Assembly (NCBI RefSeq): GCF_009914755.1
Contig: NC_060932.1
DNA from: the human T2T-CHM13v2.0 reference genome, Homo sapiens
DNA: 64,000 nucleotides
Direction: 5' to 3' (one strand)
The position numbers and the translations under genes are program-made. Below, piece after piece: positions 1-15,250 of this stretch. Numbering within the stretch: position 1 is the first letter of the stretch; the number at the start of each line of letters is the position of its first letter. The notes under the pieces are model-generated. The model had not been told where the DNA came from, searched no databases, and was given only the letters and a program-made list of their open reading frames with translations.

Positions 1-128
1 GATCCCATTTCTATCAGTCTCAGGGTGGTTCCTCCTCCTAGCCAAGGCTCTCTTCACTTGTGCCTTTCACACAGTCTTCTGAATTAGTGATTCAACAATT
101 TTCTTATTCCTTTCTCAGACTTCCAACC

Positions 129-221
129 TATTTCTTCCTTTCTCTCTCTTTCTCTTTCTGTCTTCTCTTTTACAGCAACGTTCCCTCTGCTTAAATACAT
201 GCTAAAGTCTCTTCCATCCTG
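129..221 (+). repeat. Donor segment of an inverted templated insertion (copy at 1204-1294)
   Basis: Its reverse complement (caggatggaagagactttagcatgtatttaagcagagggaacgttgc...) aligns to 1204-1294 (caggatagaagagatttaagcatgtatttaagcagagtggaagttgc...). Confidence 0.9.
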
Positions 222-1005
222 ATTAAGAAACAACCCAAACCAAAATCACAAGAATAACAATGAACAGAAAACCACAACATACCATAAACCCATCCTTTCC
301 CATCCTAAATTATCCCCATTGATCCTTCTTTTTCATTCTCAGGAGAATGTCTCCATGTGACAAGTCTCCACCCAGGTTACCACTTCCTTCACACACTTGC
401 CCATATCTTGTCTTTCCACCTGTCATCCACTCTTCCTGAATTGTTTTTGCCTGCCAGAACCCTCCAGGATGGCTTGGGGGGCCTCTCCCTTGAAGTGCTT
501 TGGGACATTGTGGCCACTTCCATCACTGACGTCCCCTTGCTCTATTCCAGTACTGGACAGTGAGACCCTTCAGGGCGTGGAATGGATTGCATTCATTGTT
601 GTGTCCCCATTGCCTGGCACAATCCCTGGAACATGGAATAGGATCAATACGTACTTGTTAAATAAATATTTCCATATAAACTTCTACCAAATGACTCTCC
701 ATTCATATTGCCTCTTTATTGCTTTCATATAATTTGATTACTTTTTAACCAACATACTGCTGCTTTCTGATAGAACAATATTGTCCCCATCTGCTCCACT
801 AAGCTTCTGCAAAGACCTTGGAGAGTTCCCTATAGTTCAAAGAGTTCTCCTGGTTGAAGTCAGCTGGCCCACACAGTATCATTTCTTCACTCCCATGCTC
901 TTTTCCAATGACTTCTAGAGTTCTGGATGTCCTAGACTGATAAAATTTATAAACCCTTAAAGGCATAGGATTAGATAGGTAATTATTGTTATGGTAATTC
1001 TGGAG

Positions 1006-1493
1006 TAAAGTACTTACTTTAATCCACATCATCCCAAACTAGCTTGTATTATCACCATAGTTTCATAAGACTGAGGATATTTTAATAATACCAAAGCAAT
1101 AAAGACTGAATAACGATAAGGCTTTAAGTTGAATAAATTTAATACTATAAGAAAGTTCAGTGCATTGCTGTGTAAGTCTACTGGGGCTCCCATAACAGAA
1201 TGCCAGGATAGAAGAGATTTAAGCATGTATTTAAGCAGAGTGGAAGTTGCTATTAATGAGAAAAAAAGAAAGAGAGAGAGAGAAAGAAAAAATAAAGTAC
1301 TTACTTTAGTCCACATCTTCCCAAACAAGCTTCTATTATTACCATAATTTCATAAGAGTGAGGATATTTTAATAATACAAAAGCAAGAAGGATAGAATAA
1401 TGGATAAGGCTTTAAGATGACTACATTTAATACTAAAAGAAAATTCAGTGCATTGCTGTGTAAGTCTACTGGGGCTGCCATAACAGAATGCCA
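1006..1493 (+). repeat. ~200-bp direct duplication (1006-1205 and 1293-1493), ~90% identical, separated by an inverted insert
   Basis: Both copies begin taaagtacttacttta and end ccataacagaatgcca; about 20 differences by manual alignment. Confidence 0.93.
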
Positions 1494-1848
1494 CAGATTC
1501 AGTGGTTTTTTCACAGTGCTGGACTTGAAAGTCCAAGATCAAGGTACCCTGAAGGTTGGTATCTGGTGAGGCCTCTCTCCCTGGCTTATAGACAGCCACC
1601 TTCTTGTCTTCTCACATGGCCTTTCCTTTCTATGTGCACTCTCCTACTGGCTCTTTCTCTTCTTGTGAGGACACTATTCTTATTGGCTTAGGGCCCCACC
1701 CTTATGACCTCATTTAACCTCACTTACCTCCTTATACCTTCCACTTACCCCAATTATCTCCTAACACAGTAACATCGGGGTTAGAGCTTTAACATATAAA
1801 CTGCAGGCTGATGGGGCAGGGTGGGAAATTACAATTCAGCCCATAGCA
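1457..1848 (-). mobile_element. Solo MaLR LTR (MLT1A/MLT1B-like)
   Basis: TG...CA termini, 5-bp TSD ATTGC (1452-1456 and 1849-1853), typical MLT1 motifs gggctgccataaca, aagtccaagatcaagg, cccacccttatgacctcatttaacct. Confidence 0.85.
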
Positions 1849-3937
1849 ATTGCCCTTGTTTTTCTCATTTTGCTGCTGATTATTGGCAATTTCGTACTGG
1901 ATTGATACCAATCTGGTATCAATTTGGGATTTGGGAAATATAGTCCTAATCATTGTATGGGCCATATATAAAGTCTGTAAAAATTATATATTTTATTTAT
2001 AATTTTAGTTTTTATTCTGGCAACAACTTTCCACCTCTTTTACATGACAAACTGCATTGAGGCAAGGTCCTTGGATACAGGACCTTTTGGATAAATTTAT
2101 CCATCTATTCAAAAATATTCATTGAGTACCTGACTATGTGAGTAAAATACAATTGAATCTTGTCAGCTGTGGGGTCATGGAAATAAAAATAACTGAGCTC
2201 AAAATCATGAGATCTAAATTCTAGTCACCTCTCTGAACCAAAGTTTCTTCATCTTTAAAATGGGGGATAATCCCATATCTTTCCCTAATCTGTTTGAAAG
2301 TATTCCATGAGGGTTATTTATGTTTAAGCACTATACAAATATAAGCTATAATAATTATTATTAGAGACAACATAGTTGGGTCCAAAGTATTGAAACATGA
2401 ATGAATTAGATGAAAAATAATTTCTTAATAATATACATTTTTATAAAGTTACATAAGGGAAATGGGATACCAGAAAAGCATTTTACTAAGCTTTAGTGAT
2501 ATTCTTTTAGACAGGACAGATGCTGGGACATTGAATAAAGTCATATTTTTGTGGAGCAAGTGACCTTTAAGACTGTTGATTATTGACTGGATATGGATGT
2601 GTGCCTGGATAAAATTCTCTAATTTTGTCATTGAACTTGTCCTAAGTAACATTTTGATTAAATTAAATAAAAAGTCCTTGATTAAAAGTCCCAAGTGACA
2701 TGCTTATAAAATCTATGGGTGTCACAAAACTAAGACAAAGAACAAATATATGAAGAGAGAAGGAATCAGAATTATCTCAGTAGTCTCCAGTGATGGGTAA
2801 AGAGAGGAGTATGTAAAATGAGCAGCATTAGATATAACTGCGACAAAGGGCCACTCATGTTTAGGCTTCAGAAAGACCTCCAAACCCTGCTGCACGAGAG
2901 GGAAGGTCTAAGAACTCTTGTTCATTGTTAAGAAGCTTAACATGAACCATCAGTGCGGTATAGGTGATACAAAGACAACAGATATGTTGCTGTTATAGGC
3001 TGTTAATACGGTCATATGGTTTAGAATAAGGGAAGAAAAAATCTTACTGTATTCTACCTTGCTCAGAGCAGATGTATAGTATCTTATTTACTAAGGGCTA
3101 TTAAAATACTAGAAAGTATCTAGAAGGGACTGTTTAGAAATCTTTCTCAGTAAGAAAATGTTGCAATAATGGATATATAACCTGGAGTTTAAGAGGATAT
3201 CTCTCTTGCTTGCTTTCAAATATTTGAAAGATCATCATGTGGAAAAATGAGCAAAAGATTTACGTCATGCTCCAAAGAACTGTTCCATTACACGTGCCGT
3301 CTTAAGGTCTCTGACCAAATAGTAATGACACAGGAAAGGGAGGAAGAAGAGTGTCTTGACCTATAGCCACATGTCTATTAAATTGGCTCAGAACTTATTT
3401 ATAGAAAACATTAAGTTTTATCAAGAACCCAAACAAGAAAGCTAATCCTACCCTTCTGTGTTCACTGTTAAAGTATCATGTACCTTAAAATACATTATAA
3501 TGAAGCTAGAATAGGTTCACAAACAGTAATCCAGTGGATTAAGGGAAATGAGAAGCCATCGTATGATCAAGTCCCCAAAACTTGCAATAACATACACAGA
3601 ATTTGGGTTAACTCCTGGACTGGTGTAAGAACTAAAGTTGAGCCATTAATATCAAGTAAGAAAGCTCATATGGAATTCATTAGCATAAGAAGTGAAATCA
3701 GTTAAAAATAAGAATAGTCATGCAAATTTTGTAGATAAATTAATAGACATAGATCTAAAATGAGATTTGAAGGAAGAAGCTGTTCTTGGTAATTTTCTTT
3801 GCTTCTTGCACAGATGTCAGAGAGTAACAATGCCTTTTTAAAAATTGTCATTGGATGTCCTCATTCATTGTGAGAGGACTTGCTTTAACATGGCTTCTTG
3901 TGTAAGTGGTGGTTCTCCTCTAGAAAAATACATATTA

Positions 3938-3957
3938 TGTGTGTGTGTGTGTGTGTG
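3938..3957. repeat. (TG)10 microsatellite
   Basis: Direct read. Confidence 0.95.
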
Positions 3958-4136
3958 ATTGTATGTGTGGTGTTTAGATATGTGCATAGGTGTATGCACA
4001 TGGACATATGACACAAAATTCAGATTAAAGGGAAAACAGCTATCAAAAATGTGGAATATTTACAATTGATTTTATTCCTTTTTCTGTTTCCTTACCATAT
4101 CATACTAAACTGAAAAGACTTAGTAAATCATCTCAC

Positions 4137-4440
4137 CTGTTTTAACCGAAAATAGCAATTGAATGCAAACACCTTAATCTTAGCAAGTCCTGGAGCCTGC
4201 TTTCCCCAGGCTGCACATCCTGTGATGGCTGGAGAGTGGGCTTAGGAAGAGGAGGAATTCAGTTAGTCTGAGTCAATGCCATATGCTAATTTCATTTCCC
4301 CCTCTTTTTTAATAACCTTCATGTATTAGTAAATTAGAGTCTGGGGAAAAAAACTCAAAGGCAGCAAATGCTTAGGAGTAACAAAAACACTGTTAAGTTA
4401 TAACATCTGGACTTCATCACCACAGCCCTGACGTCAGGAC
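4137..4440 (-). promoter_or_regulatory. Candidate non-CpG alternative promoter/first exon or enhancer
   Basis: Full CRE TGACGTCA (4429-4436) within a 12-bp palindrome, octamer-like ATGCTAAT (4283-4290), AP-1 TGAGTCA (4269-4275), then a minus-strand donor CAG|GTGAGA at 4137/4136, in apparently non-repeat sequence. Confidence 0.4.
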
Positions 4441-5365
4441 GCAGCCCAGATGTTAACTAGAGTAACCATCTAACGTTTGGGTGAATGTGGTCTCTTTTAA
4501 TTGGCAAAATCCTTTTTCCAAAAATCCTTGAAGACATAACAGCTTAGGGATATAAGCAGTCTACCAAATATTTAGGAGACCTGCTTTAGGGTTATAGGTG
4601 TATTCATCTTCTCGGAATGTTGTGGTCATCTCCCTGGAAATCCTTCTCCCTCCTTTCCCCCACCCCAACCCGACCCCCTAAATAAAATTAAAAAAAAAAA
4701 GAATAAAGAAAAGAACAAAAAGCACTTGAAAAGAATAGCAACGGGGAAAACTGTGACTATAAAAATGAGAAGTAACTAGTCTTGAGCTTTAAGAGATGTA
4801 GGGACACAGGCCAGAACACGCCTCCTACCCACTCAGGGGCCGGCTGCCTTTCCCAGTTGTAGCCTGCAAGGATGAACTTCTGGGTTTCTGTTTTCTATGT
4901 GTACCCTTTCACATCTCCAGATCGTTGAAGAACAAGAGAAAATTTATTAGAATGCAGATGGAAACAAACTATAACCTATATCTTTCCACTTTTGATCATT
5001 ATATTGCATGAATACAATTGATGCCATCTAGATCTTCCACAGTTGCATAATAAACCAAGCTAATGCCACAGGGCTTATCTTTGATGACTGAAATAAAAAG
5101 GAACAAAATTTCATTATCTCTATCCTAACCCACCCCCACCCCCAGTTGTCAGATATTATTGGAAACTACTGACTAAAGAATGACAGAAAGATCCAAATCA
5201 CAGTTAAAAAAAGGATATCTGAGAGTAGGGAAAGGGTATAGATTTCTGACTTACTCAATAGATAAAAGTTTCATGCATAGTACATGTTCCATGTGTTGGT
5301 GTGTGATATGATTAAAAATCATTTAGCATTTAACAAAATATTTAGTTTAACAAATACTCAGAAGG

Positions 5366-5925
<560 letters not shown>

Positions 5926-6853
5926 TGTCATTTAAAAGGCAGGGATAAGTCTTGCCCATCTCTGTATCCTCATGTCCACTAACTTAAGTACTCAGCAAAT
6001 AGTTTTTGAATATATGAATGAATGAAATGAATGGAATGAAAGAAAAAAATAGTAAATGAACAGATGTGAGGGTTGAAAACTACAGCTTTCTACTTTAGCC
6101 AAGCAAGATGACTCTGGATTTGTTGACCTTGCATGGCCAGCTTTCACTGTCTCTGCACCCTGCACCAGGATTCATGCTGTTCCCTTCTCTCCTACTTCTG
6201 CCTGAATTTATTAACCCAATCTCACCCCACCTCTGTCATGATCACTTTCCGTCCAATACCAGTATAGCTTCTTTGTAATGCCCACAGCAGTTACTATCCA
6301 CGCTCGTCTTTGCAGCAATTGGCAGAGTGCCTAACATATAAGAAGTACTCACTTAATATTTGTTAAATGAAAGAATATTGCCCATTGCCCTTTTTATTGT
6401 TTAATGTACCAGTCTTGAAAGCAGGGCCTGTATGCTATATCATTTTGCTACAACACAGTATAGTAATGAACAAATATCTAGGCACATAGCATATTTGGGT
6501 TTGAAGAAAATTTAGAGATAACATAATTTAACCCCATCTCTACAGATGAGGAACAAAAAGATGATGTAGATTATTACTGAATTTCCCAAGGTCTCAAGAG
6601 CTAGTTGAGACCCAGACTAAGGTTTACAAGGTAGACTTCTGGGCTCATGATTTTCAATTGAATGAATGAAATAAATATATGGCCAAAAAAATCCTAAAGG
6701 AGGTTGATAAGTTATTAAATGTACAGTAGTTGTTACTACGTAACTCAAGCTTTCAAACTTTCTAGGAACTCAAACAAGGTTTTACATAGACTAAATTATT
6801 GCAAGAACAATGACTTTTCTTGTCACTGATTTTTAAAGTGGTTGAACTAGTTA

Positions 6854-7406
6854 TTGACCCAGCAATCCCATTCCTGGGTATATACCCAAAGGATTATAAA
6901 TCATTCTACTATAAAGACACACGCACACGTATGTTTATTGCAACACTATTCACAATAGCAAAGACTTGGAACCAACTCAAATGTCCATCAGTGATAGACT
7001 GGATAAAGAAAATGTGGCACATATACACCATGGAATATACTATGCAGCCATAAAAAGGAATGAGTTCATGTCCTTTGCAGGGACATGAATGAAGCTGGAA
7101 ACCATCATTCTCAGCAAACTAACACAGGAACAGAAAACCAAACACTGCATATTCTCACTCATAAGTGGGAGTTGAACAATGAGAACACATGGACACAGGG
7201 AGGGGAACATCACACACTGGGGCCTGTTGGCGGGTGGGGGCAAGGGAAGGGAGAGCATTAAGACAAATACCTAAGGCATGCAGATCTTAAACCCTAGATG
7301 ATGGGTTGATGGGTGCAGCAAACCACCATGGCACGTGTATACCTATGTAACAAACCTGTAAGTTCTGCACATGTATCCCAGAACTTAAAAAAAAAAAAAA
7401 AAAAAA
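6854..7406 (+). mobile_element. 5'-truncated L1PA (approx. L1PA7/8) 3' end with poly-A
   Basis: ORF2 C-terminal remnant (DPAIPFLGIYPKDYKSFYYKDT..MFIATLFTIAKTWNQ), primate L1 3'UTR and A tail. Confidence 0.92.
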
Positions 7407-7737
7407 GGCAGAGGCAGGATCTTGGGAGATACGCAGAACTGCCTTGGAGTAATTGTAACTACCAGTACATACTATTAGTGTGCTGAGTGAAGGCTATTCT
7501 TTATATGCATTTTGCAGCCTCTGACCCTCTTTTTTATTTGCAATCTGTGCACTGTCTTGTTTTTATTGGAAGATATGATCGAGACCAAGTTCCACCCTAA
7601 ACTTCTGTAGCACTGCAATCAGGATGCCACAAATAGTTGTCCATGGTGGTCATGACTTGTGTCACAAAATCATGTTCTTTACTAGAATTTCACACAGTTC
7701 CCGGGACTACATATGCTTATCATAAAAAAAAAAGGCA

Positions 7738-7964
7738 TTTGAAACCAACCTGGGCAACATAATGAGACCCTGTCTCTACAAAAAAGTTAAAAAATCAGCT
7801 GAGCAAGGTGGTGCATACCTGTAGTCCTAGCTACTCAGGAGGCTGATTTAGGTGGATCACTTGAGCCCCAGGGTTCAAGACTACAGTGAGCCATGATCAT
7901 ACCACTGCACAGTAGCCTGGGTGACAGAGCAATACCCTGTCTCAGGAAAAAAAAAAAAAAAAAA
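7738..7964 (+). mobile_element. 5'-truncated AluJ
   Basis: Starts in the left arm; complete right arm and A tail. Confidence 0.9.
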
Positions 7965-9360
7965 GCAACAATTCTGACATGTGCATTGAACAAGTGAATA
8001 TCACTATAGCTATTGGTAGAGATGATCTTGACCAATATAATCTATTTTATACGTGTCAGTCATCATGAGAATGTATGAGCTGATTAAAATGCAGATTCTC
8101 GACTAATAAAATGTTTGCTGTATTCAACATTAAAAATTATTTAGTGGAATTTCCTGATTACATCAAGAGTGCTAACTCTACTCAGAATATGATGTTGACT
8201 TTGTTTATGTCAACTACGGAAAAGAAGAAAAAAAAAAAACCATAAACACAATAAAGTCTGTGGGAAACCAGCATGCTGAAGGTAGAATGTTCTAATCCTA
8301 ACCAGCTGTCCTTGCTGGAGTGCATGGGAACTTCATAGCAATCTCTCTCTCTGTCTCATAACATCTTTAGTCAGGAGCAAGCTTTGTATGCATTTTATCA
8401 AAGCAATGAAAAAGCTGTTTTCTAGCTAGAAAAGTGCCTAGGAAATTATAAGCGGGAAGTCATCAAAAGCCAACTTGAAATAAAATACATGTAAGTACCA
8501 ACAGCGGACTTCTCCAAGGCTATAAAGTAGCAAGGAGCCACAATTAAGTAACTACTTAAACACAGCAAGTTTCAATCCTTGTAGTGTTTTAGAGTGGCTG
8601 CTATCTCAACTTGAATCACCCAGCAAATCACAAGTGCAAGGGTAAGAGAAACAAAACATTCCAGTCCCTGAAGATTAACAGTCTAAGCGTCACACTCGGA
8701 ACTCTTCAGATCTTTCAAATACCCCCTCCTTCACATTCTTCTTTAGGGACTGACAAATTGTAAATCCTCGACTTCACTAAGGAAACTGCGGCTTTACTCT
8801 GAATCTCTTGAAGTAATAGATCAACAGAATACAGAGAAGTACAGGAAAGTAATCATATTTTTACTATTTGTTTAAGAATAGGCTCTGAAAAACATAGGAA
8901 GATAGGAGAGAATTTAGATTTTTGTTTCTAAAAATAGTTACCCATATATATTCCCATTTACTTATAATATCTGCTTCCTGATTTTCACTTAAACCCTCTA
9001 AGGTTACAAGAACACAATGGACTTTGGATTCGGGGGAATTAAGCTCACATCCACATTTAAGTTCTTATTGGTCATGTGACTTTTAACCAGTTACCTATTA
9101 TTTTGAGCTTGAGTTTTCTCTTTTGTAATTGCGGAAGATGAAATCTGCTGTAAGTTGGTTGTTGCAGTACTTCAAAGTATCAATGGCCTATGTAGCCTGT
9201 GGAACATAGTATGTCCTACATGAAGATTAGTTTCTATCTTTCTATTTCATTTCCTGTTTGTACGGGGTTCTGTTATTTCTCATATGGGTGGGAGACTGTC
9301 TGGAGCTAGACTCTAGAATACTCAATTTCATTTTCAAGTAAGAAAACAGAGAGAAAATTA

Positions 9361-9679
<319 letters not shown>

Positions 9680-11514
9680 TTAAAAATTACAATTATGAAA
9701 TACCCACTCCATCACTCCAGTGGCACCTGACATGAAAAATAAATGCAAAAGGACTTGGCCGCCCCAAGGCCATCCAACACAATAAATTATAAATGCAAAA
9801 TTTCCCACAGACTATCCAGTGCTGTGAATCATAATGAACCACAGTGATTTGAATTTTAATCACTTAAAATTTTACACGATCTTAATTTTACAGATTTTAC
9901 AAAAACACCCGGACAGAGTGCTAAGGCTCCCTTAGGGCCTTGGAAGAGTCAATGCAAATGATAGATCCTGAAAGTTCATCAGCTGTATGATAAATCCACC
10001 TGTCTATGGGGTGTGAGGAAGAAGAGCTTTATTATTAACATTTTTTTTTACAATAAAGATACTACAGTCTTTTATATTTTCACAGCTTCTCCAAATCTGT
10101 CTTATTTCCTTCATTTCTTTTCCACCTGCCCTACTTAAATTGTAGGCTTGGTTCTTCTGAGAAATGTAGACTTGTTTCATCTGAGAAAGCAATAGAAATG
10201 TTGGCTTATTTGAACTGGTGTGTGTTATGCAGCCTGAAAAAAAACAACACTGGTAGCTATGAGGGTGCATACCAGCACTATATACAAGTACAACAGATGG
10301 GTTTTTTTTTTTCTGTTTAAGTGTATTCCTATCTACTTAGGTGAAGAAGGCTAAAATATGAAATAGCAGCCAAAAATAGAAATAAAAATAAGCATGTAAT
10401 TACAAACTTAAAAAAATCAGTAAGTGCTATAAGACTTCAGATGAAATGGACATCAGTAAAGGTTGAGATTGTTCTAGACATTACAAGAGCAGGAGAAATG
10501 AAAAGCAGAAGGAATTTGGATGAAGGGGATCATGGTACATTTGTTAAAGAAAACACACAAACAGCAGAGGAGGAATGAACACAGTGCTTTAGCGGAACAG
10601 CAAGGAGACAGGAATGGCTAAATAGAACCTTTCCAGATAACAGAAAATCTTCCCAAGCAGGTAGAGGTGCTTTGGTTTGATATGCCTGGAAATTGCATGA
10701 TCTTGATCGTTTCTGAGCAAAAACAGTGAAACAGTGAAGAGGGCAGTGGAATGAATGATGGATTGAAGTGGAAGATGTTAAGGTCATAGAGACAAGCTCA
10801 GAAGATCCTAACTTTAGGTAAGAATGATGGCAGTTTGTGCCTTCACAGTGGTTGTAGAACTAAAAAGGAAAGGCAGACGCAGAGACACACAGAAGGTGGA
10901 CAGGACAGGATTTTGTGATTAACTTCACATGAGGCATGAAGGAGAGGTAAGGCCACCTGTAGAAGATGAATGGATAGGAAAGAATAGATAATGAAGTTAA
11001 TTGTGGAGATAATGAAGTTAATTCCATTTTAATGTGAAGTTGCATGATACCCATCTACTGGAAAATGTCCAATAGACAGTTGGAAATATAGAAATAGAGT
11101 TTAAAGGTGAGGATAGGACAAGATAGGAGGAAAGAAAAAGAAAGGAAGGAAGAAATATCCAACTGATGCTGGAAGGATAAAAGTGTAACTATTATATCAT
11201 TTATATATATGGTACTTTGAGTTTCAGCAATTAGCAACATAGAAGAAAGAACATAATTTAGAGATAGCTTAAGAAAAAAATGTATGTGATACATAAGGGA
11301 GGGGTAACTGATTCAAATAGCTTCTGGGTATTTTGATTGATTCAGAAAAAATGTGAGATAGATGCTTTGCCTCAAATTCCCAATATCTATTTTATCTTTT
11401 AGTTGGTTCTCTAGAAGGTGTGCTTGCATAATTTACCATATAATGTTAATATATGTATTCTTGCATTTGGCAATCTGTGTGTATGCCTTTTGGTTTATAT
11501 ACATGTCCGTTGAT

Positions 11515-12320
11515 TAAGTCATTCAACAAAGATTAATGTGTCAGGCACGTTTCTAAGCACTAGGAATATGAAGATGCACAATTACTAAGTTCCTGGCCTC
11601 ACAGGGGAACTTACATTCTGAAAGGACAGAGAGACACTAAACAAACACATGTAACATGCCAGAAGTGGATCGCAATTGGTTCAGAGGAGAATGCCATTTT
11701 AATAGAGTGGTCCTGACTGGCCTCTCAGTAGAGGTAACATTTCAGCAGAGACCTGGACAAAGTAAGGGAGAGAGCCATGTGACTGTCTGGGAAAAGAATT
11801 TTTCAAGATGAGGGAACAGCAATTGTCATGAACAGCAAAGAGGCCAGAGTGTATAGAATGGGAAAGGATAGAAGAAGGTGAAGTGGGAAGAGTAGGTAGG
11901 CCCCAGGTCAGGCAGAGACTTCTTGGCCATAGAAGGGATTTTATTGTGTGAGGGAAAGATATTGGAGGGTTTTGAGTTGAGGAGTGACAGGATATAGTTT
12001 ATGTTTATAAATATCACTCTGGTCGTCATGTTTGGAATGAATTACAGGAGGTGGGGCAAGGGTGGAGGTGGGGAGGCCAGTTGAGGAGTGACTGTAAGAA
12101 CACAGGTGCGAGGCAACCGTGTCTTGGCCCAGGGTGGTGGCAGTGAGGGTGGTGCCAAGTGGTCAGCGTCTAGATGCATTTGCAGGTACAGATGATAGGA
12201 TTGGCTGATGGAAGAAATGTAGGGTATGAAAGAAGAGAGGAGACAAAACTAACTGCTGTGAATGGAGATGAAAAAGACAAGTTTTGTTGGAAAGACAAAA
12301 AGCTCAATTTTTGACATGTT
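11515..12320 (-). mobile_element. L2 (LINE2) relic
   Basis: L2 3'-end-like cattcaacaaag...tgtgtcaggcac followed by degenerate purine-rich L2 body motifs. Confidence 0.65.
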
Positions 12321-13064
12321 ATGTGATTTGGAGCAAGATACTTAAACTTTCAGGACATGTTTCAGCATTTGTAAAACAAGGATGATAACAGAATCTACTT
12401 CACAGAGTTATTAAGCATTAAATAATAATTCAGGAAAAGCTCTAAGCATTGAATGTGTCTAATAGGTGTTTAGCTTAGATATGAAGAAGTTGAGGCAAAA
12501 TGTCAATCTCACCTTCTTTCTGAGTCTCAAAAAAATCAGCTTAAAAACCCTTGTTATATTTTCTTCTTTGACCCCTCTCTTGGGGTAAGAGTGCTACTGT
12601 GTAGTAAGGGACAGTGTGAGTTCTAAATGTCACATTATGGTGTGTGCTAAAAATAAAATAATTTCTGTATTGGTTGTGACTGAATATGTAAATGAAGGAC
12701 ACAAATGGGGTAATTATTAGAGAGAAGTTCTAACTGAACTTAGGAGACTTAAAAAAAAGATAGGGGTTTATATTTTGAAGAAGAGAACAATTTTAAAGAC
12801 TTGCTCAAGGGGAACATATTTCATAAGAAATGATAAAAGCCATTAAAATTAGGAGGAAAATTGATAATCACGTGATCCTAAGGAAAACTCTCAATTTTTT
12901 TTTTTTTACGAAGTTTGACTTGTGTCCTTCTGGACTTGACATTCTAAAGCAATGATACATGGACAACTTAGTAAAATGAAAAGAGGTCATTTAACTAAGA
13001 AAATCTCAAATTCACCAATATTGCCAGGAAACTATGTGGAGTTGATTGAACCATATTTTTATCT

Positions 13065-13227
13065 TTTGTTTATTTTTATTTAGAGATGAGGCCCTGTCCT
13101 GGCACTCAGGCAGGAGTGCAGTGGCACAATCATAACTCACTTGCAGCCTTGAGCTCCTGGGCTCAAGTGATCTTCCTGCCTCGGCCTCCCAAGGTGCTGG
13201 GATTACAGGCATGAGCCACTGCGCCTG
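13065..13227 (-). mobile_element. Monomeric Alu (FRAM-like / left-right arm hybrid)
   Basis: Single monomer with right-arm 3' part (gagtgcagtgg) and left-arm-type 5' part (ccaaggtgctgggattacaggcatgagccac). Confidence 0.85.
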
Positions 13228-14289
13228 GATCATGAACCACCATTTTTAAGATAACATTCAAACATAATGAAGTGTATTGCTCCTAACTTACCAATATGAT
13301 CAGAAGAAAGACTACTTGATGGATGACAAATGCAAGTACAGAGGTCATCATCTCCACAGGCAGTAGTTTGAACTTCAAAACAGAATAACCATCACTAGTT
13401 ATGAATCTCTCTTAGTAGATGCTGAGATAGAGACACTGGATTTTAACATGCATATCATTCTAAGACATGATGGTTTGCTTATAGAAGACATTTTAAAAAT
13501 GAAGTGTTACTAGTGCATTTAATAGAGTAGAATAAAAATATATATTCTATGTTGATTTTGGCAAATTAATGCTTCCTCCACTTGATAATTTATCCAATAT
13601 TTGGGGAAAGGATTGCTTTTTCAATGACATTCAAGTAGTGGGTCCCTACAGCAGGTTTGTCCACTTGTTCAAGGGAATCTTTGGTCTCCGTGGAAGCCTG
13701 CAAGAGTTTTTTGGGAGGGAGGAAATATTGTGTTAGGTATTATTATCAGTGTTACTTAATATAAGTTACTGTGAAGTGGTTATCTCTGAATTACATTTTT
13801 TTCTTTTTCTAATTCTCAGATGGTCGCTCTTTCCATTTCCTATCCTCAGCACCTACCTCAGCTGTGTTTATACCCAAGTAATGAACTTTATGTTATTATC
13901 ATCTTTAAATAGACACTTAGTTACATTTTAGCTTGATCTGTATAAGAAACCACAGTAAGATAAGAGAAATATTACTTATTACTTACTTGTGTTTCATTTC
14001 AAACTTTATTCATCAGTCTTTGCTGAATTCAGTTAGTAATTCAAAAACTATTCGTCATATATTTATATATGATATATAATACAAATTTATATCTGTACAT
14101 ATGTGTATATAAATATATATGTGCATGTATATATAAATTTATATGTATATATAATAGATAAAAATATGTAAACTTGACTTTGTTAATATCTTATTCATAC
14201 CATTTTTATTTTTATGTTTTTTTAAAGAAAATGTTCTACCACTTTTACAGCATTTGAAAAATTATTTTTTCTATAATGATTAGCATTCT

Positions 14290-15250
<961 letters not shown>

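Noticed and set aside
6820-7053. ORF resembling a real protein (also 50501-50743 and 36077-36286)
   Set aside because: Remnants of the L1 ORF2 C-terminus in truncated, dead elements.
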